IMG/VR virus record: IMGVR_UViG_3300045020_000158
Coordinates: 1 to 64,000 of that record
Direction: 5' to 3' (one strand)
Origin: a virus
Taxonomy: Duplodnaviria > Heunggongvirae > Uroviricota > Caudoviricetes
DNA: 64,000 nucleotides
The position numbers were made by a program, and so were the translations under genes. The notes beneath the pieces are model-generated. The model was not told the DNA's origin, did no database searches, and saw only the letters and a program-made list of their open reading frames with translations. Positions within the stretch are counted from its first letter, which is position 1. Each line of letters begins with the position of its first letter. This document shows positions 38,901-49,191 of the stretch, in pieces.

Positions 38901-39697
38901 CCTCAAAACAGCAGTTCACTCCCGAGGAGCTGAGATTTCTCGCTAGCGAAATGTATAGGGCCATCAGTATCAGCGATGCTCCTGACCCGCTGTGCGAGAG
39001 CATTCGCACCAAAGCCATTGCGATGCTAGCGTCACCGGTCGAGACGACGGCGCTTCCCCACGCATCCGCCGCGCTGAAAGACTTCATGGCTCATCTAGGC
39101 GAGATCATGAGCATGGAGGATGGCGCGACGCCCGCTGACTACCTGCAGCGCGCCCGCGATATTCGCCAATGGTGTCACGACCATCAATCCGTCGAGACAC
39201 TCAACCGAGTGGCCACCGCGTTCTATAAACGTATTGCCGCGCGCGTGCCTGGATTGCTCGAACAGATTGAAGATGTCGCTAAGCCCCTCCGCGTGGAGCT
39301 TGGCATGGAAAACTCACCGGAGGAACCGACAGGTAAGACAATCCACTTCCGGGAAGATTCTAGGTCCGGTGAGTTGTTGGTAGCTGACTCACCGTTGAAA
39401 GCCTCAACACCTCTTTGCGGCAATCCTGTAATGATCAACTCCGAACGATACCGGGGATGTCAGTTAGCATCGGGGCACGCGGGGGATTGTAGGAATCTAT
39501 CCGCCGAAGCTACCCAGACTTACGGATCGAAAGCCCCTGCAGAGTGCAATGAAGGGCTGGGCCAGTCGAGAGAGCGCGCTAGTAACGCTGGTCCGGGTAG
39601 CTCTGCCCCTACTCCCCTCACGGCTGAAGCCGCCCGAGCCTACGGGGAAGCGATGTTCCAGGCAGGAAGGCTCCAACAGAAGGAGAGTGGCAAATGA
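38897..39697 (+). CDS. hypothetical protein
   Basis: 266 aa, coupled to both neighbours. Confidence 0.35.
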   Translation: MTSKQQFTPEELRFLASEMYRAISISDAPDPLCESIRTKAIAMLASPVETTALPHASAALKDFMAHLGEIMSMEDGATPADYLQRARDIRQWCHDHQSVETLNRVATAFYKRIAARVPGLLEQIEDVAKPLRVELGMENSPEEPTGKTIHFREDSRSGELLVADSPLKASTPLCGNPVMINSERYRGCQLASGHAGDCRNLSAEATQTYGSKAPAECNEGLGQSRERASNAGPGSSAPTPLTAEAARAYGEAMFQAGRLQQKESGK

Positions 39698-39978
39698 CCG
39701 TGTTGAAACGAATCTTCGCTTGGATCTTAACGGCGTTTGGCCTATTCATGATGTTGGTAGCCATCACAAACTTCGTAGCTTGGGACGAGGGCGTCGGAGG
39801 CGGGGCATACGCCGTGATCGGCGCCGTCGTCCAAACGCCTGTCGTGCTCTACCTCTGGGCATGCGACGTATTTGCATGGTGCGTGGCTCACTTGCTGTGG
39901 ATATTTCTCGGAGGGATTGCTGCTGTGCTGGGCATTGCGTTGAATCGGCGGCCAGGACAAGTGAACGGGCGGAGTTAG
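39694..39978 (+). CDS. small membrane protein
   Basis: Three hydrophobic segments (ILTAFGLFMMLVAI, GAYAVIGAVVQTPVVLYLWA, LLWIFLGGIAAVLGI). Confidence 0.35.
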   Translation: MTVLKRIFAWILTAFGLFMMLVAITNFVAWDEGVGGGAYAVIGAVVQTPVVLYLWACDVFAWCVAHLLWIFLGGIAAVLGIALNRRPGQVNGRS

Positions 39979-39979
39979 C

Positions 39980-40237
39980 TTGATCCAGAGTCCAAAGACC
40001 TGTTTAAAGTGCGGTAAGCAGGCTGGATGCACCAACTCTCGCCGCCGAGAGGGACATGTCATACGGCGATATGTCTGCGATTGTGGCGAGCGCTGGAGCA
40101 CCGTGGAAACACGCATGGATGATGAAGACTCACTACCAAAGACACGCAAGGCAGCGGCTCATCTCAGGAATCTGGGGCGGGAAAATGCACGCGCGGTAAT
40201 TTCCGAAGCAATCAAGCGCCTGAGCGCTCTGCTGTGA
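39980..40237 (+). CDS. Ogr/Delta-like zinc-finger transcription activator
   Basis: CLKCGKQAGCTNSRRREGHVIRRYVCDCGERWSTVE matches the Ogr/Delta C2C2 pattern (C..C....SR.....R.Y.C..C...F.T.E). Confidence 0.5.
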   Translation: MIQSPKTCLKCGKQAGCTNSRRREGHVIRRYVCDCGERWSTVETRMDDEDSLPKTRKAAAHLRNLGRENARAVISEAIKRLSALL

Positions 40238-41517
40238 ACGAGGACAGAACGTAAATGACTCTGTGCAATGTGCTTGGCTACACGGGAATACGCGGGTGGG
40301 ATCTGATCAATGGCGAATGGTGCTGGGTGATTCCTGGTCCAGACCGGGACGCTGCAAATGACGAGTGTTTCTCGGAGAGCGAGGTCAGCACCGTGAATCG
40401 ATACGTACCAACAACTTCCTGGTGGACGCACGACAGAAACGGCAACTGGAAGGACAGCGGCGGCAGCCCTATTGCGACAGTGCCGATGCAAGGCGATTTC
40501 AAACGCGTTCCTGAGATAATCGCCAAAGAGGCATACAAGGAGTACGCCGATCAAGGGCACGGAAGTCAGTCTTTCGCTCGACTTCACGAGCGCGGTGGTT
40601 TCAGCGCGGGAGAGATCATCATGTTTTTGTACGAGCGTATCAAGCGGTTAAACGCTGAGGGCAAGTCGGAGAAGCAGACATGATGAGAGTAGTCACGATC
40701 TACGACCCGCCACCGATCCCGGATCGACGCTTCGATTGGAAAGTCATCTGGGATGGCTATGAAGGTGGTGACCCGATGGCATTCGGCTCAACAGAGCAAG
40801 AAGCAATTGAGGATTTCAAGGAATTGATGGGAATCGCGGAAGTGGAAGTCATCGGGAAAGATCGAGCCGCTCCACAGGACAAGACATGAGGTCGATCACA
40901 GCCGTCCCTTGCGAGTGCGCCCGCTGTCAGTGGGATGGCGTTACCGGCGATTGCGAGGCGAATGACAGTGGTGATCTGTGCTGTCCTATTTGCCTCAACC
41001 CCGTCGTGATCGACTGCAGCGAGCAAGAAATGCAACCTCCACAGCACTCCGAGAGTCAATCGTGACGTTCGATGACGACTTTGCCGAGGTGCCCTTTCTT
41101 ACTGGAGTAAGACGCGTCACCTTACGCTCATTGGGTATCGAATGGCCGCCTCCAGAACGCTTGGAGATCATGGGATTCGGCTTCCAAAGAGTTTCGATGT
41201 CTGAGATTAGTGACGAAGCGCGTGCTTCCATGTCTCATGTCGCTCGGGGCGCAGCCTACGAATCGGAAACGCATCCGCCGGCCGATTCGATCTTTAGAAA
41301 TGCAGATTCCATAACAGCGAGTCAGGAGAAATCGCATGGCACTTGAATGCCCATTTCCATGCGCCGACTGGGAACAGAACATCAGCATTCTGAATGCGCC
41401 TACTATAGAGCAACAACAGGTCTGGAGTACTCTCGCGCCGTTCCGTTTTTGCCCGTGGTGCGGCTCCGGCTTACAACTGGCTCCCAAAAAGAGCTGTAAA
41501 TCCGCAGGCATTAAGGA

Positions 41518-42240
41518 GTGAGAGTACTTGGCGAATTCTCCGGTATCGGCGGACTCGAGCTCGGACTGCAGCGAGCCGGAATGCGGATCGTCGCCGTCTG
41601 CGAGCTTGATCCCTTCTGCAGAGCCGTGCTCCAGGAGCACTTCCCCGAAGCGGGGCAAACTGAAGATGTACAGACGCGACGGCATAGCCCGGGCGAAGCA
41701 GATATCCTCGCAGCCGGATTTCCTTGCCAGGATATCAGTCGCGCCGGTTTCGGCGCCAGACTTGAAGGGGCTCGCTCAGGACTATGGCGGGAAGTTGTAC
41801 GCACCCTGCGCGTGGTTCGACCGCAGTACGGGCTATTGGAGAACGTGGCAGACCTGCTTGGTCGAGGGATGGGCAAGATTCTCGGAGACCTGGCCGAGAT
41901 CGGGTATGACGCGGAATGGCATTGCATACCAGCTTGTGCCGTTGGTCTCCCTCACCTCCGCGATCGGATCTGGATTGTTGCCCACGATCGGAGCCAACGA
42001 GAGCAAGGGCAGCGGACGCCATCGCTTTGTGGGCTCTATTCAATACCGTGGGGCGAAAATGAGCGAAGGGCTCAGGAATGGCGAAACCGATCCGATCTAC
42101 ACGGACCCTTCCTTCGCCGAAGCAGCCATGGGATTTCCGAGAGATTGGACGCTGTTGGAAACTCCGCCACCCCGCTCATCTCCGAAATCATCGGACGCGA
42201 GCTGATGCAACAAGTTACATCCTCCGAGCGCATTCCATGA
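41518..42240 (+). pseudogene. DNA (cytosine-5)-methyltransferase disrupted by two compensating frameshifts
   Basis: GTG start after aaggag. Frame 1 carries motifs I (FSGIGG), IV (GFPCQDIS), VI (ENV) and VIII (RDRIWIVAH). The +1 frame (ORF 41528-42205) carries LLPTIGANESKG and AAMGFPRDW. Frame 1 resumes with motif X (AVGNSATPLISEIIGREL). The segment between motif VIII and GFP is only about 47 aa. Confidence 0.55.
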
Positions 42241-43134
42241 CCGCACAACAGTATCGTGACCTCCTGCTCGAATGCCTCGTGACCCTCAGGCATGCCCGTG
42301 TGTTCATCGGCTCTAGGGAAAGAATGCATCCGACAGGTATTGAGCTTTACGAGAAACTCACGGCTGACGTGGAGACCGCATTGAAATCTCCTGGGCCTGA
42401 AATACCAACTGATGGTGCGACTGCGGAGCATCCATGACAACCAAACTTCCCCCGCGCAAAGTCGAGCCCACAATCAGCGACCGGGAAAAGGAACTCGAGG
42501 CGATCGTCCGCAAGCTCATGCCGGCACTGCGCGACATCGCCTGGTGCCACCTGGTGTGGAACGATCACAACTTCAGCGAGGCTGATCTGTTGCGACATGC
42601 CAAACGAGCGGGAGAAGCCATGGGCTTCAGACGAGGCGACGGCGTCGAGGCATTCAACGAATTCTGGACCCACGTCGAGCAGGTGCTGGGGCCGGAAGAT
42701 ACACCTGGGAGCCGAACATGAACTGGCGACTTGAATTCAAAAATCCCCACACGGATCGCGCGTGCACGCTGACTGTGCACAGCTCTCGTCTGCATGATCT
42801 TTCCGCGGTGGGCAGGTTGGGCGATCGCGGCGATGTGGGGAATACTCTTCCTGGCTTGGCTGTTGATCGATATGACTTGGCACCATGACTGAATACAAGA
42901 CAATGGATGAGCGTTTAAAGCGAGCCGAGGCCTACTACCAGGTTGCCGGAGAACTCAAGGTCAACGCTGAACGCATGCTAGAAACCGCGTTCATGTTGTC
43001 CGAGATGGCCGACCGCATCTGTGAGGCGAACATGAGGGAAAAACAGCCGTCTATGGCGGATTGCGTGAAGCTGGATGGGGACGGCAATCCTATATCGCCA
43101 CCGGACAGCGCAAAGTGTGTCGATGGAGAAGGAC

Positions 43135-43722
43135 ATGGGACGTAATCAATACATCGCGCGCAAGATGACAGATGCTCAATATCTGGAATATTGGAAGGCA
43201 AAGTGCGTTGTTAGCCCGAGCGGTTGCTGGGAATGGCAGGGGTTCAGGCATCCCGCGCAGGGATCTCGTCAATTGCCCTATGCCCAGGCGTCCTATCGCG
43301 GGAGGAATATGGGACTGCACCGGGCAGTCCTACAGATAAAGCTCGGTAGGCCGCTGGCGCAGGGCATGCATGCCTGCCATTCGTGCGATGTGCCCTATTG
43401 CATTAATCCAGATCACATCTTCGAAGCATCCAACAGAGACAATCAGTTGGACATGATAGCCAAGGGCCGTCATACCAAGCAGAAGCGCACGCATTGTCTT
43501 CGCTATGGCCATCCTCTCAGTGGAGACAACCTACGGATTCGCAATGATGGTCGCAGAGTTTGCAAAGCGTGCGAGACGGTCAAGAATCGGCTGAAAGCCG
43601 GATGGATGGTAGAGGAGGCTCTTTCCACGCCAATAATCCGGCCTGGCGAACGCACAGCGCGTCGAACCTTTCAGCATCGGCGCAAGGTGCAACCCTCAAC
43701 CGTGGACGCACGTAATGAGTGA
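43135..43722 (+). CDS. HNH homing-type endonuclease
   Basis: GCWEWQG...AHRAVLQIKLGRPLAQGMHACHSCDVPYCINPDHIFEASNRDN is a classic HNH_3 pattern. Confidence 0.7.
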   Translation: MGRNQYIARKMTDAQYLEYWKAKCVVSPSGCWEWQGFRHPAQGSRQLPYAQASYRGRNMGLHRAVLQIKLGRPLAQGMHACHSCDVPYCINPDHIFEASNRDNQLDMIAKGRHTKQKRTHCLRYGHPLSGDNLRIRNDGRRVCKACETVKNRLKAGWMVEEALSTPIIRPGERTARRTFQHRRKVQPSTVDARNE

Positions 43723-43859
43723 GGATAAAGAGCCGATCGAGGATAGCAACTGGCTGACTGATCCGGCCTTCTGGGATTTATGCGACGAACACGAAACAAC
43801 ATTTCCAATGGGCTCGCATTGCCCAAAATGCTTACCAATCCCCACGTCCGGTTCTACCG

Positions 43860-44339
43860 ATGCCGATCAAGTCTGAAAACAAGGCGCTCTACCCTCCGAA
43901 CTGGCGCGAGATCAGCCGCCAGGTCCGGGAGCGGGCAAAGCATCACTGCGAAAGCTGCGGCGTGCGCAACTACTCAGTGGGCTATCGCGACGCTGAAGGC
44001 CAGTTCCGTAGGCTCTCTGGAAGCGGCCCATGCGACTGCGCTGGCGAGGGGCTGCAATGGCCCTCCTTGAATCCGATCACCTACCGTGAGGCCAAGGAAT
44101 TCGCCGACGCGAGCAATACGTGCTCAGATGGGAAGGATGATGAGGGTAACCGCTGGTTTGTCATTGTACTAACTTGCGCCCACCTGGATCACGATCCGCG
44201 GAACTGCGAGCTCACAAATCTGAAAGCGCTCTGCCAGCGATGCCATCTCCGATACGACATTGAACATCACGGCGAGACAGCCTATCGGACGCGGCGCAAT
44301 GGGAAAGTTGTCGCCGATCTGCTTGAGGACAAGCCATGA
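43860..44339 (+). CDS. HNH endonuclease
   Basis: HHCESCG...CAHLDHDPRNCELTNLKALCQRCHLRYD (HNH with zinc-binding Cys pairs). Confidence 0.7.
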   Translation: MPIKSENKALYPPNWREISRQVRERAKHHCESCGVRNYSVGYRDAEGQFRRLSGSGPCDCAGEGLQWPSLNPITYREAKEFADASNTCSDGKDDEGNRWFVIVLTCAHLDHDPRNCELTNLKALCQRCHLRYDIEHHGETAYRTRRNGKVVADLLEDKP

Positions 44340-46604
44340 CGATCCCATTCCTAGCCACCGAGAAAGGCATCGATCTGTTTGTGAATCTGTTAGTGCTCAT
44401 GGGCGCCATGTGCCCAAAGTGCGGCCATGGGACCCGTGTAACCTCCAAGCGCTGGGCGAAGTGCAAAAAGTGTGGCGAGCGATGCCAAAGGCGTGAGTTG
44501 CCATGAGCGGCATCGTCGGCGACGGCAGCGTCTATACCTGCAAACACCTGATGCGGGTGAAAAAGACTGAGGAATGTGTGTTCTGCCATCGGGATCAATT
44601 GCAGCAGGAGAACGAGCGCCTGCGGGCCGCGCTCCAGGCAGCCGTTGAGGACATGGATGCTCACGGAATCATCCGCGATAACCATCCCGCGAAAGTGGCT
44701 TTGCGACATTCACCACAGCAGGAGAAGTGATGGACCTGGTCACACGTCTGAGATATCGATCGAGCACCGACCTTTATCCCAGGGATACCGCTCTAACTTT
44801 GATGGCCGAGGCCGCAGACGAGATCGAGCGGTTCCGCGCACTGCTCACCCAGGCGCCGATCGCTAAGGTGATGGTGCGTGAGGATGGTCCGGCCGATGTC
44901 GTGCTCTACGCTCCTGGCCTGCCCCCTGGCGAATATGACTTGTACCTGATGCCATCGGAACCACAGTCTGCGCCTCATGCTGCTGCGCCAGATGCGAAAT
45001 AGTTTGACGGCCATTAAATGATCCTGTAATATCTCTCACATGGTCGAGATGTCCTCGACGGGGAGAAGAAGATGAGCAGCAAAGGCACTCTGACACGTGA
45101 GCAAGCCATCCAGGCCGTTGGCATTGAGCTGGTGAACAAGGTTGACGGCATGAACTGCGAGCCCACCAATCGCGTCCAGACAGATGGAGATAATAGCGTC
45201 GAGTATTCAGCGTCGGTCGAAACCGGTAACGATGAGTATGGCCACATGACGTTGACGGCCTACTACTACCAATCACCCGCCGATCTTGATGGCGTCGAGG
45301 ACCTGAGCAACCTCGAGTGGACCGTTGCCAGCTACGGACTGACTTGAGATGTCCTCGACGGGAGAGCAAAGATGGAAATCGAAAACAAGCTGATCCAGAT
45401 TGACACAAGCGGCCAGGGGCATGCGTGGCGGACTGCGGATGAGGACAACTGCCCTGCCAATGTGCATGCGGAGATCGCGGCCGAGATCATCGACGGTGGC
45501 CAGACCGAGTGCGCCAACTACCGCGCCAGCAACGGGCTGAGCTACCGGTGGTAAAGAGGAAGAAGGCCGGCCGCACGCCCTCTCCGGAGGGCCGTGTGGC
45601 GCTGAAGTTGACCGTCCCGCCCTACGTGGCCAAGCGCCTCAAGGCGTCTGGGAATGCGTCTGCGGCGGTCAAGGCACTCGTGGATGCGGAGTTGGCGAGA
45701 GCACAAGACAACCAAACAGGTGACAAATGAGCCAAGAATTCACGATCGACGGTGACCACGAAGAGATGGTCCAAAACTGGCTTGATGAGTGCAAGGCAAA
45801 CGGCTGGGACCCGGACACAGGCGCGCCGCTCGGGCCAGCTAGCAAACCAAGCCCGTGGGCCTGAGCTTCCGACCAACTATCGGAGCGCCGAAATGGAGCT
45901 GAGTGAGATCATGGTCCCTCGTGGGTTCGAATGGGATCCGACTGGCTGGGGCACCTCACGCTGGACTCATTTCGAGCTAGAAATCACGTGTCTGAGACAA
46001 CCCTACATGAGCGACCTGGAATGGGAAAGGGAACAGCGGCGATGCGCCGCGATTGCCGACCAGAAACTTGGGCGCTCTTCTGATCAACCATGAGCGCTTA
46101 CCAATATCCTGAAGTTCTCCCTGGCGAGACGCTAGAGCAATATAGAATACGCATCGGGCTGTGTCCGAAGTGTACGAAACCGCTCAAGAAATGCTGCTGT
46201 ACGAAGCAAAAGAAACGCTGATAACTCAACATGAATTCTGACTGATCCATGAGTGCACCCCGAGAAAATTGGCGCCACATCGGAAATAATGTCTACGTTG
46301 TTCGAACGCAAGCGGGATTCAATCAGGCGATAAAACACTTCTGGGGTCCTTTGTGCAAAGGCGAGCGACGTCCAGAGACGTTCGGCTATCCTCGGAAATA
46401 TCCGAGCCTTGTGGCGCTATCGGTGTACTACCACGGCGGAAACGACGTGCGCGCGCAATGCGTGCCGGTTAACAAAGTACTTGAAGAAATTCAAGCTTCG
46501 GATAAAACAGAATGAAGTCACAATGGAAAAAATAATCCGCTCATTAAAATTCCTATGGTTGTTGCTGACCGGTAGATCATAATTCACCGAATTCGAGAAA
46601 AATC

Positions 46605-47393
46605 ATGAGCAAATTGGGCGAAACCGTGCTGTCTAGATTAAGTCTTTCTCCCGGAGAGCCGGAATATCTGAATAATACCTACGAGGAAAGACACATCGAT
46701 ATTAATGTCAATATAAACGATTTCAAACGTACCTTCCCCAGTATAGAAAAACTTATCGCTGATAAACATGTATTGGACATTGGCTGTAGCGAAGGCATCG
46801 AAACATTTGCGCTATGTAAACTAGGCGCACGTTCAGCCTATGGGATCGATATCCGCATTCCTCAGCCTCAACACAAGTTGACTCTGGAAGTTTACGAAAA
46901 CTACGATACGCAATTCTCCATCATGGATGCAGCACATATGTCCTTTCCAGATGCAAAGTTCGATGTTGCTGTAACTTGCGGTTCCTTCGAACATTTCAAT
47001 GATCCATTTTTAGTATTGCGAGAGTGCCGGCGAGTGGTTAAACCAGGCGGATTGATATTGCTGACCTCGGGGGTCTGGGCTCATCCATGGGGTGCACACA
47101 TGAATTTCTTCACGCGCGTACCCTGGGTGCAGTATCTGTTCTCGGAACGCACGATCATGGATGTACGCAAACGCTTTCGTAATGATGGTGCTAATCGATT
47201 TCACGAAGTTGAAGGCGGACTCAACAAGATCGGAATCCGCGCTTTCCATGATATGATCGAGGCGTTGGACCTGAAAATTGACTATCTGAAGTTGCAGCCG
47301 GTAAAAAATCTGACGGCCTTGACCCGCATCCCGTACATCAATGAGCTATTCACCAATCTGATTATCGCTATCCTACGGACGCGGTCGGAATAA
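46605..47393 (+). CDS. class I SAM-dependent methyltransferase
   Basis: Motif I VLDIGCSEGIE, motif II FDVAVTCGSFEHF, motif III VVKPGGLILLTS. Region is visibly AT-richer than its flanks. Confidence 0.7.
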   Translation: MSKLGETVLSRLSLSPGEPEYLNNTYEERHIDINVNINDFKRTFPSIEKLIADKHVLDIGCSEGIETFALCKLGARSAYGIDIRIPQPQHKLTLEVYENYDTQFSIMDAAHMSFPDAKFDVAVTCGSFEHFNDPFLVLRECRRVVKPGGLILLTSGVWAHPWGAHMNFFTRVPWVQYLFSERTIMDVRKRFRNDGANRFHEVEGGLNKIGIRAFHDMIEALDLKIDYLKLQPVKNLTALTRIPYINELFTNLIIAILRTRSE

Positions 47394-47441
47394 GCTGCGC
47401 TATGATCAGATCAGGACTTTTCTATTTCAAAAGGCATTCTC

Positions 47442-48611
47442 ATGAAACGATTCCTTTCCGCGTTAGTCATTTTCGGATTTGCATCAACGAGCTGGAGCGC
47501 TCCAGTTCCGACCGCCGTCACTGGCAGCGTTGCGGCCGGACAGACACTCACAATCAGTGGCTCGAGTTTCGGCGCGATGGGGCCGAATATCGTTCTGATG
47601 GAAGATTTCGAACGTGATATAGCCGGTCAAAAAGTTGTCCTCGCCGGAGCTCCGGTCGGGGCTTGGACCGGCTACAATAGCAGCAACACATTTCTCGCAA
47701 GTCCGAATGCACACACCGGGAATGTCGGATTCCATGCTTATGACTATGCCGGCCAGGGAGCCAATATTCTGAATCTCGCCTTGGGGGCTCAATATCAGGA
47801 AATTTTCATTTCCTATTGGGTGACGATTCCTGCGGGAAAGACTTTTCCCGGCATGTGGGGACCTACCGGCGCTGCACCGCCGCCGGTAGCAGGCCAATTC
47901 TCCAATGACAGCTCGTGGAAACTATCCTGGATATTACAGACTTCTTCGATGGTGGCGACGCAGTTTAATATGATTCCGTTGTCATATGCTGGTAGTAATC
48001 AATTCACACCGACGCAGAGCGATAGCAATTATGCGATGTTCATCCAACCTGGCAACTATTGGGAAAATTCAAATAATATCAGTACATCATGGTGGTCGTG
48101 GATAGGCTGGAATCGGATCTCCACATGGATGCGAGGTAATTCTACAGTACCCATCGGCGCTATTGGGGGATTCATCCAGACGTTGAATGTTCAGAATGGT
48201 ATGTTCACATGGAATTTTGGCAATCCGGTGACCTATCCGACATCAGCGATGTTTCAGAAAGGCGTGCCACAATATTTCACTCAAGTGAATGTGCCGGGTT
48301 GGGTGCGGGAGAACAGTGGGCCGAATGCAGATCCGACGTATGATGATATCTACGTCGCGGTTGGTCCAGGCTCGGCGGCGCGGGCAGAGATCACGGATGC
48401 GGCAACATATGCAACATCGAAGCATTCAACACTGTTGCGGCCGACCGCGTGGAGCACCGGACAGATTACGGCGACCGTCCCGAAATCTGGATTGGATTTT
48501 ACGGGAGCAGCTTATTTGTATGTGACCGATTTGACAGGTGCTACGAATGCGGCGGGATTATCGATTGGGACGGTGGGCGCAGTATCACCGCCAATATGTA
48601 CGTGCCCCTGA
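47442..48611 (+). CDS. secreted protein of unknown function
   Basis: Signal peptide MKRFLSALVIFGFASTSWSAPVP; 389 aa; Asn/Ser/Thr/Trp-rich; ends CTCP. Confidence 0.5.
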   Translation: MKRFLSALVIFGFASTSWSAPVPTAVTGSVAAGQTLTISGSSFGAMGPNIVLMEDFERDIAGQKVVLAGAPVGAWTGYNSSNTFLASPNAHTGNVGFHAYDYAGQGANILNLALGAQYQEIFISYWVTIPAGKTFPGMWGPTGAAPPPVAGQFSNDSSWKLSWILQTSSMVATQFNMIPLSYAGSNQFTPTQSDSNYAMFIQPGNYWENSNNISTSWWSWIGWNRISTWMRGNSTVPIGAIGGFIQTLNVQNGMFTWNFGNPVTYPTSAMFQKGVPQYFTQVNVPGWVRENSGPNADPTYDDIYVAVGPGSAARAEITDAATYATSKHSTLLRPTAWSTGQITATVPKSGLDFTGAAYLYVTDLTGATNAAGLSIGTVGAVSPPICTCP

Positions 48612-48693
48612 TATAGCGATCGGGATCAAAGCCATTGCTCGCGCGGTATGGGCAGGCGGATCCGATTTTGGTATGTGATTGGAGGTGAATCGG

Positions 48694-48764
48694 TTCAGGG
48701 ACTAAGACTCGAACTTAGATCGTTGGCTCCAAAGACCAATGTCTTACCGTTAGACGATCCCTGA
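48694..48764 (-). tRNA. tRNA-Gln (anticodon TTG)
   Basis: 71-nt minus-strand cloverleaf: acceptor TCAGGGA/TCCCTGA (U1:A72 as in bacterial tRNA-Gln), D-arm GTCT-AACGGTA-AGAC, anticodon arm TTGGT-CTTTGGA-GCCAA (U33, UUG), T-arm CTAAG-TTCGAGT-CTTAG. Confidence 0.65.
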
Positions 48765-48773
48765 ATAGACTGT

Positions 48774-48845
48774 ATCTGGAGGTGTGGGTCGAACACACAT
48801 TGACGGAGTCAGGGTCCGTTATCCTACCGATTAGATGACTCCAGA
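48774..48845 (-). tRNA. tRNA-Gln-like (anticodon CTG; atypical C33)
   Basis: 72 nt: acceptor TCTGGAG/CTCCAGA, D-arm ATCT-AATCGGTA-GGAT, anticodon arm ACGGA-CCCTGAC-TCCGT, T-arm GTGTG-TTCGACC-CACAC. Position 33 is C rather than U. Confidence 0.45.
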
Positions 48846-49191
48846 GAATATGACGGCCAGTCAGTGGGTCGAACACTGCTCAGTGGATTTGGATTTCACG
48901 TTGCTCCCGGAGTCCCGGCCGAAAATGGCGGACAGCAGTCAACACGATTGACATGCCGCAAGCGACACGATCCGGCTTCCAACCGGTCCCAGCGCCCTGG
49001 CTGGTTTACTGTCCAAGATGGCGGAGAGGCAGCGAGTCGAACGCTCACAGCGAAAGCCGTGTCATGCCGGTGTTCAAGGCCGGTTGCCGTCCACACGGCG
49101 AGGCTCTCCAAGATGGCGGAAGGCGGAGTATCGAAACTCAGGAGCGCAAGCCCCTCATCTGTTTTCGAGGCAGCGACAGGCTACCTGCCTG

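Noticed and set aside
49026-49110. Third tRNA gene on minus strand
   Set aside because: Has T-loop, D-arm, long variable arm and CCA, but no clean 5-bp anticodon stem or 7-nt loop, and an acceptor mismatch. Treated as a degenerate tRNA-like element only.
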